DNA of 64,000 nt from the IMG/VR virus record IMGVR_UViG_3300005613_000009, positions 55,982 through 119,981 of that record; one strand, written 5' to 3'. Each line of letters starts with the position of its first letter. Position 1 is the stretch's first letter. The stretch comes from a virus. The position numbers and the translations under genes are program-made. The notes under the pieces were generated by a model. It had not been told where the DNA came from and did not search any database. It was given only the letters and a program-made list of their open reading frames with translations. Below are positions 1 through 9,876 of the stretch, piece by piece.

Positions 1-94
1 GAATTTGATGCTTTTCGTCTTGCCAGACAAAATTCTTAGCACGATAACTGGCTTTATACCATCCAGGTTGACATATAAACCATTTTGCTGGCAT
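1..94 (-). CDS. 5' part of a hypothetical gene running off the left edge (MPAKWFICQPGWYKAS...)
   Basis: ATG at 94 with GGAG RBS; frame open to the window edge. Confidence 0.5.
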   Translation of the reverse strand, partial: MPAKWFICQPGWYKASYRAKNFVWQDEKHQI

Positions 95-181
95 GTTAAT
101 TCTCCACTAAAGATATTTACAATTTCTATTGTTAATAATAAATTCATAAAAAAACAGATGAAAAAATGAACAGACAAACTT

Positions 182-343
182 TTATTCATTTTTGTTTGGT
201 TTATCACATTCAACAACTTCATAATGATTTTCAGGATGCATCTCGCACATTTGATCGTATTCAATATTTGCTTCATGTAGATTTTTGAAAATATCAGGTT
301 CATCAGGTTCAACAGGAATATAGCAATCTAATCGATAAAACAT
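182..343 (-). CDS. 53-aa acidic hypothetical protein (MFYRLDCYIPVEPDEPD...)
   Basis: Read manually; GAGG RBS; below the ORF-track cutoff. Confidence 0.55.
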   Translation of the reverse strand: MFYRLDCYIPVEPDEPDIFKNLHEANIEYDQMCEMHPENHYEVVECDKPNKNE

Positions 344-422
344 TTTTTATACCTCTTTTATATTATAAATATATCAACAACACTGGGCCGAATACCTGTC
401 AAAATAATTACTTTATTTAGCT

Positions 423-860
423 CTAAGCTGGCATATTGATTGTTATTTTTTTCCATCCAGGCTTACTTTTCAACGTTTCTTTTGTCCATGTTCGGTTTTT
501 GGATTTACATGTTAATTCTGTTTTTGCAATTCCATATGCCTGTTTCAAGAGACCACCGCTCTCACCAACCTTTTCGTTCAATCGACCACCTTTCCAGAAA
601 TCGTATAACAATTTCCATTTATTGTTCTTTTTAACAACACCTATTTCATAACTATATCCGGGAATATGGATTGCGTGGGAACAATGACCCATATCCTCCT
701 CTGTAAATCCTTCGGGTAATGGGTAATCACCAACATAACTACCAAACCATCCGAAATGTTTTTGTCCTTGTCGAAACTCCCATTTTTGATTTTTGCACAT
801 ATGTTTGAGAGCATCGATATCGTAATTTTCATTTGGATCTATTGTCATCACATGGCTCAT
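423..860 (-). CDS. DUF1257-like protein
   Basis: SH..(T)I start, YEIGV and L.YDFW motifs, LKQAY; next to its usual partner DUF2997. Confidence 0.7.
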   Translation of the reverse strand: MSHVMTIDPNENYDIDALKHMCKNQKWEFRQGQKHFGWFGSYVGDYPLPEGFTEEDMGHCSHAIHIPGYSYEIGVVKKNNKWKLLYDFWKGGRLNEKVGESGGLLKQAYGIAKTELTCKSKNRTWTKETLKSKPGWKKITINMPA

Positions 861-930
861 CGGGCTCCTCCATTTTGTATTATTAATATTTTATGGTTTA
901 TCTGCGTTAGATGATTTTGCCCTATTTTTT

Positions 931-1149
931 TTATCCACATAGCATAGAAGCATTAACTCCGAATTTAGCTGCTTTTTGATTGGCTTCAGCGTTTCTCATG
1001 AACCATTCAATTTTATGTTTTGTATCTTTTTCAGTTCCAAGAGCCTCAGCTAAAAACTTTGTTGCATCCTCGCAACTCTTCCCTTTATATCCATGAGCTT
1101 CTATCTGAATTTGGCCTTCTGGACCAAACATTACAGTAATTTTTTTCAT
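931..1149 (-). CDS. DUF2997-like small protein
   Basis: I.V.FGPEG.I.IEA.GYKGKSC..AT..L..ALG pattern. Confidence 0.75.
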   Translation of the reverse strand: MKKITVMFGPEGQIQIEAHGYKGKSCEDATKFLAEALGTEKDTKHKIEWFMRNAEANQKAAKFGVNASMLCG

Positions 1150-1190
1150 ATTCCCTCCCGTTATAATATTTGATTATAGTTAAAGCATAA

Positions 1191-1400
1191 TTATTTACCT
1201 TTCTTCTCAGATTCATTTTTAATCTGTGGATAACGATGAATCTGTGTTTTATGCAGACGTTTAATTTTGCCATTGGCAATTTGGATTTTGATGTAATTTT
1301 TGTATTTACCTTTTGGAATGATGGTATACTTGACAAAATATATCCACCTGTCTCCATCCCAAGCAAACCCTGGTTCTATTTTTTGCTTTTTTTTTCTCAT
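1191..1400 (-). CDS. hypothetical protein
   Basis: GAGGG RBS; directly downstream of a repeat-promoter copy. Confidence 0.55.
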   Translation of the reverse strand: MRKKKQKIEPGFAWDGDRWIYFVKYTIIPKGKYKNYIKIQIANGKIKRLHKTQIHRYPQIKNESEKKGK

Positions 1401-1465
1401 CCCTCTCCCTTGTTAATAAATAAACAGTTGAAGAATCACAGAAAAACAAATAAAAAAATCAAAAA

Positions 1466-3742
1466 TCAGAAAAGCGAAAGTTGAGCAACAACTGGTCTTT
1501 TTGCCTCCGTTATCATTTTGTCCAACTCGTCTTGCGTAACTTCGACATGTGTAACTTTCTTTTTTCGTTTACCTACATACTCAGTAAATCTGACCTTGAC
1601 GATACAATTTCCAATCTGTTCCATGCTAGATTCCATTTTAAGGACTTTATCTTCATTTGGAATCTCACAATTTTCAATATTTAGAGTGTTTCCTGTTTGA
1701 CATACCGGTTTTCCATTTATTTCACCATTGCTCAACAATTGCTCTGACTTAACTTCGCTTTTTCGATAACTAATCCATAAATCTTTTAGTGATCCATCTT
1801 TATATTTAACGTTTTCAATAAGCATTTTTGCAAGTTCTTTAGCGAGGTTATTCCCTCCGATATTTGCCATAGCATTTAAACCTTGATCGCTAAGATCTCC
1901 CTCAACGCTCATACTTGACATTAATTTATTTGCCATGAGTTGCAATAATTTTGACTGCATAGTCCCAGTATAAACAAAAAAGTATACGTGGACCGGATTT
2001 TTCTGTGGAATACGCCAAGACCTTCTTGATGCTTGTCGTAAAGTATAAGTACTTAGTGGAATTTGGTAAAAAATAATGGTAGGGAAATCCATAAGATCCA
2101 TGCCGACTTCAACCTTGCGAGGATTAGTTAAAACTACATCAACACCTTGATTCACCCACCCTTGAATGATTTCAGCTCGTTTTTCTGTGTTACCACTTTT
2201 CAAAACCTTAATTCTAACCCCTTTTTCTTCGAGGATTTCAATTAATCGATCACTAATATCGGTTTCGCCCGAACTTTCATAATAAAGAAGAACCCTGCGA
2301 CCGATTTGTTTTTCATTTAAAACAATTTCTGCAAGTTGTTCTTCTTTTGGCATAATACCATCCACTGGTTTCCCGGTTGCAACCACCTCATTAGTATATG
2401 GATGAGTAACAATAATACCATTTTGGATACGTTCTGTATATGTAAGAAGAGAATTTATATAGCTCCCTAATAAAGAATTGTCTCCTGTCGCCAAAGCATT
2501 AAGTAACGCTTTTTTAAGTTCATCCTCAAAATTTTTGTATGCTTTTGCCATCATCGGATCCATTTCTAATTCGATGATTTTTTCGTCATACGTTTGAAGA
2601 CTGTTTATACAATCTGAAAGCTGCATAAATACGCAGTGCGGTAACAGCATATTGGTGATCATTACAGGATTAATACCGGGTTTTTCTTTAATATACGTTC
2701 TTTTCTTTGACTGAACAACAAGGCCATCTTCCTGCTCTGCAAGTTTGATTTTCTCCAATGTACCGTAACGCTCAATGAATTTTCTTGGGGAACCCCATTT
2801 GTTGCCGTCCTGATTCATTACCTTTGGATGTGTTCTGTATAGTAAATTGTAGACATCTGATGCATAACCACCAACAAGTGTTCCTGTAAGACAAAGAGTA
2901 TATTTACAGGCCGATGCCAAAGCACCAAATGCGTATCCTTGCCCTGAATGATTTTTGAATTGATGAACTTCATCTGCGATTAGTAAGTCAAAAAATCCAT
3001 TCATACGATTATTGATAAATTTTGCAGGAATAACACGCCTAAAGCCTGGCTTGGAATTATCAGGTTGCCACAGTTGCTCACCACATCTGACACATCTGTA
3101 TTTTCGTTTAAATCGTTTTTGTTTATTACGCTGCCATATGTCAACAGGTACATCATCTTGGTCCAAAACAATTTTGTTGCATCTCGGACAATGCCATGTT
3201 TGAAAACCATGCTTATTTACCTTAATGACTGCAGCAGGCCGCCATGGGGCACCTATCTTAGCCCTTTCCCGACCAATGACATAAAACTCAAGGGTCGTGG
3301 GTTGCTTTGTTTTTGATATCCGAATCAATTCTTTTGTGACATTTTTGGTGTTTAAATTGACAACTTTTACATTCGAGATAGTCTCACGGATTTCTGTAAT
3401 CCACTTTTTTACAATTGTTGGCGGACATAAAACCAATACCCTTTTTACACCCATAGTACGATTCATTAACTTTGCAACACCGATAGACATTATAGTTTTA
3501 CCGGTTCCACATTCTGCAACCATATACAAACCATGATTGTTTATTGAAAATGACTTGTAACATGCTTTTATGATTTCAGCCTGTGGAGGAAAAGGTCGTT
3601 TTTTCATCTGACTGATTTGGATGTCGAGTTCCGGATCATTATCTTTCAATGGATCATGAACAACTTTAAGCGTTTTTACAACTTTGTTAGCCAAACTTTC
3701 GCCATAATCAACCAAAAACTCTTTGAGTGCCAATTCCGGCAT
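1466..3742 (-). CDS. SF2 (SNF2/DEAD-like) helicase of the methylase-associated type, with zinc ribbons
   Basis: Walker A AECGTGKT, DEVH, TGT motif III, C-terminal QASRRSWRI, CxxC pairs. Confidence 0.85.
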   Translation of the reverse strand: MPELALKEFLVDYGESLANKVVKTLKVVHDPLKDNDPELDIQISQMKKRPFPPQAEIIKACYKSFSINNHGLYMVAECGTGKTIMSIGVAKLMNRTMGVKRVLVLCPPTIVKKWITEIRETISNVKVVNLNTKNVTKELIRISKTKQPTTLEFYVIGRERAKIGAPWRPAAVIKVNKHGFQTWHCPRCNKIVLDQDDVPVDIWQRNKQKRFKRKYRCVRCGEQLWQPDNSKPGFRRVIPAKFINNRMNGFFDLLIADEVHQFKNHSGQGYAFGALASACKYTLCLTGTLVGGYASDVYNLLYRTHPKVMNQDGNKWGSPRKFIERYGTLEKIKLAEQEDGLVVQSKKRTYIKEKPGINPVMITNMLLPHCVFMQLSDCINSLQTYDEKIIELEMDPMMAKAYKNFEDELKKALLNALATGDNSLLGSYINSLLTYTERIQNGIIVTHPYTNEVVATGKPVDGIMPKEEQLAEIVLNEKQIGRRVLLYYESSGETDISDRLIEILEEKGVRIKVLKSGNTEKRAEIIQGWVNQGVDVVLTNPRKVEVGMDLMDFPTIIFYQIPLSTYTLRQASRRSWRIPQKNPVHVYFFVYTGTMQSKLLQLMANKLMSSMSVEGDLSDQGLNAMANIGGNNLAKELAKMLIENVKYKDGSLKDLWISYRKSEVKSEQLLSNGEINGKPVCQTGNTLNIENCEIPNEDKVLKMESSMEQIGNCIVKVRFTEYVGKRKKKVTHVEVTQDELDKMITEAKRPVVAQLSLF

Positions 3743-3753
3743 AACAATAACTC

Positions 3754-4245
3754 CTAATGGAAATAAATTTCACCTTCAAAATTGTCCGTTTTAATCATTT
3801 CTGTCAACGTGGAGATAAATTGTTTGAAATTCAAATATTCTTCAGGAATAGATGTTTCATTCAATTTAATAAAATCATCGGAATAGATAACGAATGAAGA
3901 ATCATGTGGATTTACGTCTATATCAATCTCTTTTGAATCAAGAAATTTTCTAAGTTTTTCTGTGATAACATAATGAGGTAAATAAACATCTAAAGTTGTT
4001 TTATATGATGTTTTAAAATCTATTTTGGTACAAAGATGAATTTCGGCGATATGTTTATGCATTAGATTTAGATCTTCTTGTGTAGCTGTTACTTTAAGCC
4101 ATTTTTCAAATTTTGAAGATGTAAAAATATCATATTCACCGGTGTGAGGAAGACAATCACGCCACATTCCAAGCAAAACACCTTTTTGGGATTCAGATAA
4201 TGTTTCTATACCATTTTTTATTAACAGATAAGATATGTTATACAT
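3754..4245 (-). CDS. hypothetical protein
   Basis: 163-aa ORF in the operon, with RBS. Confidence 0.6.
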   Translation of the reverse strand: MYNISYLLIKNGIETLSESQKGVLLGMWRDCLPHTGEYDIFTSSKFEKWLKVTATQEDLNLMHKHIAEIHLCTKIDFKTSYKTTLDVYLPHYVITEKLRKFLDSKEIDIDVNPHDSSFVIYSDDFIKLNETSIPEEYLNFKQFISTLTEMIKTDNFEGEIYFH

Positions 4246-4270
4246 AGTAATTCTCCTCCTTTATTTATTT

Positions 4271-4726
4271 TCATTCAATATAGTTTTTTGCTTTAGTTCT
4301 TTGTGCAATACTAATTTTTATATCCGGATCAAGATCAGCAAAATTATATTCAATGCCGTCCTTATAAACCCGAGCCTTAATACAACATCCGACATTAAAC
4401 CCCATTACCTCTTCAACAACTTTTTTATCTATTCGGGCCTGTTCGATAAAATATTTCGATAAACCACAAATAGCCTTGTTTCCTTCGAAGTAAAGACCTG
4501 GGCATAACTTATATTTGTCAATATCGTAAATTTTCATCCCAACTGGACAAGTTTCGACTAAGCAACACATCCCACATCGACAACATTTTTGTGGATATTT
4601 CTGGTTATGTGATGTTGGTTTTTCTTTTGAAACATTGTATGAATTCGGTGCTATTTGCATGAATCTTATCTGTGATAATTTCATTGAGTCTTCCATCGTT
4701 AAATCTAACAATGTATCCATGGACAT
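4271..4726 (-). CDS. Cys-rich CxxCxxCC (YkgJ-like) metal-binding protein; start uncertain
   Basis: CCRCGMCCLVETCP...CPGL...C motif; the 5' part overlaps the upstream gene. Confidence 0.55.
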   Translation of the reverse strand: MSMDTLLDLTMEDSMKLSQIRFMQIAPNSYNVSKEKPTSHNQKYPQKCCRCGMCCLVETCPVGMKIYDIDKYKLCPGLYFEGNKAICGLSKYFIEQARIDKKVVEEVMGFNVGCCIKARVYKDGIEYNFADLDPDIKISIAQRTKAKNYIE

Positions 4727-5231
4727 CTCCTATTATAGTATCTAAAGGTGATAAAAAATCATCGTCATGCTTAAATATATTCCATAATGGAACAGCCCAA
4801 CTGGAATCAAGTGGGAGTTCGGTGTTTTGCATATAATAAGATAAAAATAGATTTGCTACGTCCGATTCTTCTGTTATTTCATTTGATATTTTGATAAAAA
4901 AACACGATTTATCACTTATTTCATCTTTATTCTGTTGTTCAACAATATATTTAGGATAAATAATAGACTGAAACAATCCTGAAGGAAGTTTTTTATGCTG
5001 GAAAGTGTAATTAAAATACCCTTTGTAAAGTTCATAAGTTTTGTTATCGTTTTTTTTGATCCAGACCATAGATCTTTGTATGAATTTGGCAACTATTGCT
5101 TTCACAGCAACCTGGAACCCGGCAATAGCAATAAAATACACAATTCCATCGTATGGGTTTAAAACACAATGTGTGCAATATGCATTTATATCAGATGAAA
5201 TCACTTTGCATATTTCATTATTTTCCATCAT
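4605..5231 (-). CDS. hypothetical protein between RadC/methylase and helicase
   Basis: 208-aa ORF; such a gene commonly sits between the MTase and helicase in this module. Confidence 0.6.
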   Translation of the reverse strand: MMENNEICKVISSDINAYCTHCVLNPYDGIVYFIAIAGFQVAVKAIVAKFIQRSMVWIKKNDNKTYELYKGYFNYTFQHKKLPSGLFQSIIYPKYIVEQQNKDEISDKSCFFIKISNEITEESDVANLFLSYYMQNTELPLDSSWAVPLWNIFKHDDDFLSPLDTIIGDVHGYIVRFNDGRLNEIITDKIHANSTEFIQCFKRKTNIT

Positions 5232-5241
5232 AAGACACCTT

Positions 5242-5766
5242 TTAAATATTGTTTACTAAAAAATGTTTAAAAATATTTGCAGTATCTTTTTTTATCTTAC
5301 TTAAATCACCATTGTCTGAGAAGCTATAATATTTATCATTACCTATAATAATATGATCAAATAACTGAGCATCTACAATTTTTCCTGCTACAAAAATTGT
5401 TCTTGTAGTTTCGATATCTTCATGTGATGGTTCTACATCGCCTGAAGGATGGTTATGTGTGAGAACAAATGCAGCTGCTTTAGCAGCTAATATCTTTTTT
5501 ATGATTTCTCTCATGTGGATAATACTCCTCATGAGTGTTCCAGATGACAAAATTTCTATTGCAAGTATTTGATTCGCTGAATTTAGAAAAATCGCATACA
5601 TTTTTTCCACATCATCCTCTTGTGCAAAAATTGGTTTCATAATTGAAAAAACCATTTTAGAGCATGAGATTTTTTTCCCAGGAACAGATTCTTTAATCAT
5701 TTCTGCAATTTCCCCAGATCGCAATTTTTTCCAAAAACTTGTTTGGTCGTATGTTATTGAATCCAT
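5242..5766 (-). CDS. radC: RadC-like JAB domain protein
   Basis: E..YAIFLN, HNHPSGDVEPSHED, LFDHIIIG motifs. Confidence 0.9.
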   Translation of the reverse strand: MDSITYDQTSFWKKLRSGEIAEMIKESVPGKKISCSKMVFSIMKPIFAQEDDVEKMYAIFLNSANQILAIEILSSGTLMRSIIHMREIIKKILAAKAAAFVLTHNHPSGDVEPSHEDIETTRTIFVAGKIVDAQLFDHIIIGNDKYYSFSDNGDLSKIKKDTANIFKHFLVNNI

Positions 5767-5793
5767 TCTAATACTCCTGTGTAAATATATTCT

Positions 5794-6885
5794 TTATTCG
5801 ATTGTCAATAATTCACCTTCTTGGTTGTAAGCATTTACTCGAATTTTGACTCTATGAGTTTCAACTGTTTTAGCATTTTCACCTATGCCAGTTGTTTGAG
5901 TATCTATAACTTTTCGAGTAGAGCCCCTAACAAGTAATGGATTTTCGCCGTTTTTGTCTGTAACAACTCCATTCATCAAACCACTAGCCAGTGCTTGAGC
6001 TAAATGTCCATATTTCATGGGCATAATTGGTCTTGTATTTACCTTATCAATTGTTTTCATGTTAAATTTGTTAACAAAATCTTCAATTAATCCATATTGT
6101 TTTATTTCATTAACAAGTTCGTTTGGATTAATTACGGTTGTGGAAAATAATATTTTTAATTTTCTTTGTTTATTTGATAAAATAGGAATATCATAATTGT
6201 TGTTTAACCACGATGTAATGATATTTGGTGTAACCACTTCGTTTCGGCCACACTTAATTAAATATTGTTCAGATGATAAATTTCTTTCGATTTTTTGTTT
6301 AAGCTTTGCAAAAATTACAACCTGTTTAAAACGATCATACAAGTCTGATGGAAACTGAAAAATTTTAATATTTTTGAAATTGTGAGAAAGAATACGTGCA
6401 ATTCTTACAGAAATACGTACCCGTGGAATAATATAGACCAATATTCCATCTGGTTTCAAATATCGGATTGAATCCTTAAGAAACGAAAGTTCGTAACGTT
6501 TAGATTGTTGGATATCCATGTCTAAAGACATTGTTTGATCATCGTAAGGCGGATTTAGATACAAAAGATTAAATACACGATTGCTAATTCGAGTTTTCTT
6601 GTAATCCGTAATTAAACAATGATCAATTATCTTTTTGGCGAGTTTACCGCGTTCAGGGCTAATTTCAATACCATAAGTCTCAATTTTCGCTATTGTTTTA
6701 TCACGCAATAATTTTGCTATATATGCTAATGGCTCACCATCTCCTACACATGGGTCTATTACCCGAATTAATCCATTAGAATCATTGAATTGACACTTAA
6801 GATATTTAGATATGGCTTCATATATCGGTTTTGGTGTAGGATAAAAACCAGCTTTTGCTTGTGCTGCAAGCCTCATTATATGCAC
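5794..6885 (-). CDS. class I SAM-dependent (N6-adenine type) DNA methyltransferase, DUF6094-like
   Basis: GFYPTP, DPCVGDG motif I, NPPY motif IV. Confidence 0.85.
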   Translation of the reverse strand: MHIMRLAAQAKAGFYPTPKPIYEAISKYLKCQFNDSNGLIRVIDPCVGDGEPLAYIAKLLRDKTIAKIETYGIEISPERGKLAKKIIDHCLITDYKKTRISNRVFNLLYLNPPYDDQTMSLDMDIQQSKRYELSFLKDSIRYLKPDGILVYIIPRVRISVRIARILSHNFKNIKIFQFPSDLYDRFKQVVIFAKLKQKIERNLSSEQYLIKCGRNEVVTPNIITSWLNNNYDIPILSNKQRKLKILFSTTVINPNELVNEIKQYGLIEDFVNKFNMKTIDKVNTRPIMPMKYGHLAQALASGLMNGVVTDKNGENPLLVRGSTRKVIDTQTTGIGENAKTVETHRVKIRVNAYNQEGELLTIE

Positions 6886-7094
6886 CTATTTTAATGACTA
6901 TTTTTTTTATTGGGATCACCTACTTTTCAGTAGGCAATCCCTATTGAAGGAGGATTTCACAAAAAAAACAGATAAAAAAAAGAAAAAATACCATTTTACT
7001 GCTTGACTTTAGCGATTGCATTATACATAATAAATCATCCTTTTTTTTGTTGTGTTTTTCATCGTCAATGTTCTTTTTCAACCTTCTTCTACAT

Positions 7095-7137
7095 GAAAAA
7101 ACCTCTTTGGCATTAACTTGTCAAAGAGGTTCTTTTA
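7095..7137. terminator. probably bidirectional intrinsic terminator
   Basis: ACCTCTTTG/CAAAGAGGT stem with A/T tracts on both sides. Confidence 0.7.
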
Positions 7138-7138
7138 T

Positions 7139-7537
7139 TCAACTTATCGTTTTATTTGTAAATATTTTTTTTTCATATGGCATAAGTTCTGGTAGAAATG
7201 TTGATTTTGTGATATCTACTTTGTAAAACCAATGAGTTACAAATAGTGTTTGGTTCAGGATTTCCCATGCTTTTAAAGTTTTTATTGCATTTGTATTTTC
7301 TCCTGTTTTTAATGCCTGAATGGCCCTACCCTTGGCAATCTGACGTCCTTTACGTTTACATGGCTGATCCATATTGCTGCAAACAGCAATACCACGACTG
7401 TATGCTTGTCCGGATGACAATAAACAAACTGTTACAATCGGACGATTTTTATTGTCTTTTAGATAATAGTAGATCTCATCGTCTATCTTAATATTATGAT
7501 TATTGCCATTGTCTTTATACCCTACGCCTTTTGCCAT
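7139..7537 (-). CDS. hypothetical phage protein
   Basis: 132-aa ORF with GGAG RBS; SRGIAVCS..DQ..K.KGR.IA.GRA motif. Confidence 0.65.
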   Translation of the reverse strand: MAKGVGYKDNGNNHNIKIDDEIYYYLKDNKNRPIVTVCLLSSGQAYSRGIAVCSNMDQPCKRKGRQIAKGRAIQALKTGENTNAIKTLKAWEILNQTLFVTHWFYKVDITKSTFLPELMPYEKKIFTNKTIS

Positions 7538-7555
7538 TGTTTGTTCTCCTTTTTT

Positions 7556-7861
7556 TTAAGTATGTAACGACCAATGTGGAAAAGCAGGTGCATTTAATTC
7601 TACCGAAAAAGTTTCTTCGAACCCATGCAATATCATTCCACCGCTCAACACCAAGCTTTCACCGTTTCTGATAGTAAAGACAAAACTATTTTGTACGAAA
7701 TCTTTTCCAAGAAACAATGTGCCATTGAGGTTCCTTCTGATATTGTTTAGACTTTTTAAACAATGAAAAAATGATTCCTTTGTGTCTCCACCAATTTTCC
7801 TTGCTAAATTCAAAGCTTCTTTAAAATGTTTCATGTCATGTATTACTGTTTTTTCATGCAT
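7556..7861 (-). CDS. DUF4120-like protein
   Basis: DF...SF.F...GGMILHG...W.LHT C-terminus. Confidence 0.65.
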   Translation of the reverse strand: MHEKTVIHDMKHFKEALNLARKIGGDTKESFFHCLKSLNNIRRNLNGTLFLGKDFVQNSFVFTIRNGESLVLSGGMILHGFEETFSVELNAPAFPHWSLHT

Positions 7862-7905
7862 TTTTTAGACCCCTTTTTTTTGGAATAATAATGTTTATAG
7901 ATTTA

Positions 7906-8253
7906 CTACCAATTAATTTGACGCATAACACTTTCAACTCGTTCTGGATTGATTTCGTTCGGGAATTTGGAAATAACATAATATAGTTTTTTACCTTCTG
8001 ATGGAAATAACTCGATCAATTCAAAATCAGAAATATCCATAGCCCCGCGGTCCTCTTCTAAGATACAAACTTTTAACGGTCGGTCTGATATAGTATGTTG
8101 AATTAAGCCTCCTTCAATGTGGATAATAATATTTGTTGGATCCCGTTCTGATCCATTAACTGTTTGGCCTTTGATCTTTTTCCATGTATCTATAATCGAC
8201 ATTTTATATACCTTTTTTCCCTTAACAACTGGCCTGTTGTTTGCATATTTCAT
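7906..8253 (-). CDS. hypothetical protein
   Basis: ORF in a tight operon; IIIHIEGGLIQ motif. Confidence 0.55.
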   Translation of the reverse strand: MKYANNRPVVKGKKVYKMSIIDTWKKIKGQTVNGSERDPTNIIIHIEGGLIQHTISDRPLKVCILEEDRGAMDISDFELIELFPSEGKKLYYVISKFPNEINPERVESVMRQINW

Positions 8254-8443
8254 CTTCTGTCATTTGAAGACCATCCTCAATAAGACAATCCAAGGCATCG
8301 TCTAGAGAATCAAAACTTCCAAACTGTTCCCAATCATCGATTTGTTCACCATTACGCCGGAAGATATCAACCCAACGCTTATTCTCTTTGGTATGCGCAG
8401 TATCAATTATCCAATTATCAAAACCATTTATAATAAGTTCCAT
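8222..8443 (-). CDS. hypothetical acidic protein
   Basis: First gene after the promoter at ~8500; GGAGG RBS. Confidence 0.6.
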   Translation of the reverse strand: MELIINGFDNWIIDTAHTKENKRWVDIFRRNGEQIDDWEQFGSFDSLDDALDCLIEDGLQMTEDEICKQQASC

Positions 8444-8495
8444 AATTGCCTCCTGAATTATTATCTTATTACAGTCAGTGATTAAATTCGTATGT

Positions 8496-8525
8496 ACTAT
8501 ACGCTATAAGCGCATATATTGTCAA
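8496..8525 (-). promoter_or_regulatory. sigma70-type promoter with a palindromic operator in the spacer
   Basis: TTGACA-N18-TATAGT; TACGCT-ATA-AGCGCA at 8500-8514. Confidence 0.75.
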
Positions 8526-8661
8526 TAAAAAAATAAAAAATTTTACAAGAAAACAAATAAAAAAATAAAATATAATGAAATTTCAGCAGAATACGTGGTT
8601 TGATGTTGTGAAGAGTTTATTTAGATTTTGTTTTTTCTATATCGGTTGTGTCTTTCTCAAT

Positions 8662-8790
8662 TTAGATAAGCCCACTGCCACCACATTTTGTACATGTATC
8701 AACACCGATTGGATCTTTGAGCGACGATCCATAGCCGTTGCAATGATCACATTGTTTGTATCCGTATTCTTCCGGATTTATCATTTCCAT
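8662..8790 (-). CDS. 42-aa DnaJ-type zinc-finger microprotein
   Basis: Read manually: CDHCNGYG...CTKCGGSG (two CxxCxGxG motifs). Confidence 0.65.
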   Translation of the reverse strand: MEMINPEEYGYKQCDHCNGYGSSLKDPIGVDTCTKCGGSGLI

Positions 8791-8794
8791 ATAC

Positions 8795-9043
8795 CTATAT
8801 AGTTTCTTTTTCATGTGTTAACCACTCCATATCATTGACTTTTACTTTGTAAAAATCTTGTTTACAAAACAATACCTCTAATCTGTGTATTTTAACAACT
8901 TTTTGAGTATATTGCGTATCGTGGTCCCATGCACTGAAATAAATATATTGACCTTGATGCCTATGTAATATGTCCAAACCATTTACCTTTGGATATGGAT
9001 GTAGATAACCTTCAATTTTTTTAAGTGATGCACTTTTCCCCAT
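8795..9043 (-). CDS. hypothetical protein
   Basis: ORF with RBS in the operon. Confidence 0.55.
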   Translation of the reverse strand: MGKSASLKKIEGYLHPYPKVNGLDILHRHQGQYIYFSAWDHDTQYTQKVVKIHRLEVLFCKQDFYKVKVNDMEWLTHEKETI

Positions 9044-9076
9044 AGCCTTATCCCTTTAAATTTTAAAAATTATATC

Positions 9077-9331
9077 TTATTTAACATCTCTAATGTACTT
9101 ATCTAAATATGGTATTTTCGTGACAATTTTTCTTGCGTGAGGATAATCAGGAAGATCTTCTATCCATAATATCCTATCGCTGTTGTCTTTAATTGTTGCA
9201 TGCCTAATTTCCGGCTGAAAATTTATGAGAATAGCGTTATATTCCGAACAAATACGATTAACATTTCTTCGGTTAAATACCCATTCACGACTGTCTATCG
9301 TTACATCAAATTTATTTATTATTCGTAACAT
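9077..9331 (-). CDS. hypothetical protein
   Basis: ORF with GAGG RBS. Confidence 0.55.
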   Translation of the reverse strand: MLRIINKFDVTIDSREWVFNRRNVNRICSEYNAILINFQPEIRHATIKDNSDRILWIEDLPDYPHARKIVTKIPYLDKYIRDVK

Positions 9332-9410
9332 TTATCATGTCCTCTATCCATAACATAATTATTTTTTTCACTGTTATTTTTTTTTATTTTTTGGAGTGAA
9401 ACAGTTGTAA

Positions 9411-9704
9411 TTAATACGGCAAACCTCTTCTTACCGCATTTGCCCATGCCAACCTGGTCTTGTCGTAAGTCTCAGGGAAGCCTTTAATATATCGTTCGAA
9501 ATCTCCTCCTCTGGGAACCAATTCGTTGATTACAAAAATTGACATTGGTTTGTCAGGATTCCCTGGGCATGGTTTCGTTTGTGCTCTTATTGCTTTTACG
9601 CCAGAACGACCGATAAATTGTCGATAAAATTTTAGCTGGCTATTCTGGATTGTCATGGCTTCATTGTACGTTAGTGTTATCATATTTTTTTCCTTCTTCT
9701 GCAT
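9411..9704 (-). CDS. hypothetical protein (start probably at the second Met)
   Basis: ORF in a tight operon. Confidence 0.55.
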   Translation of the reverse strand: MQKKEKNMITLTYNEAMTIQNSQLKFYRQFIGRSGVKAIRAQTKPCPGNPDKPMSIFVINELVPRGGDFERYIKGFPETYDKTRLAWANAVRRGLPY

Positions 9705-9870
9705 GATGTCTTACTGCTTTTATGAAATTTCTAATTCCAGCTCTCCAGCAATCCCACCATGGGGCATAATCCTCGTGATTTGCCAAGCTAATCCCTTGTT
9801 GTTCAGCATATTCACAAAATTCTTCCCAACCAAAAGACTTTTTTTCAGATTCTTCCGACAAATTCATCAC
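9661..9870 (-). CDS. hypothetical protein
   Basis: GGAGG RBS. Confidence 0.55.
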   Translation of the reverse strand: MMNLSEESEKKSFGWEEFCEYAEQQGISLANHEDYAPWWDCWRAGIRNFIKAVRHHAEEGKKYDNTNVQ

Positions 9871-9876
9871 CTCCTA

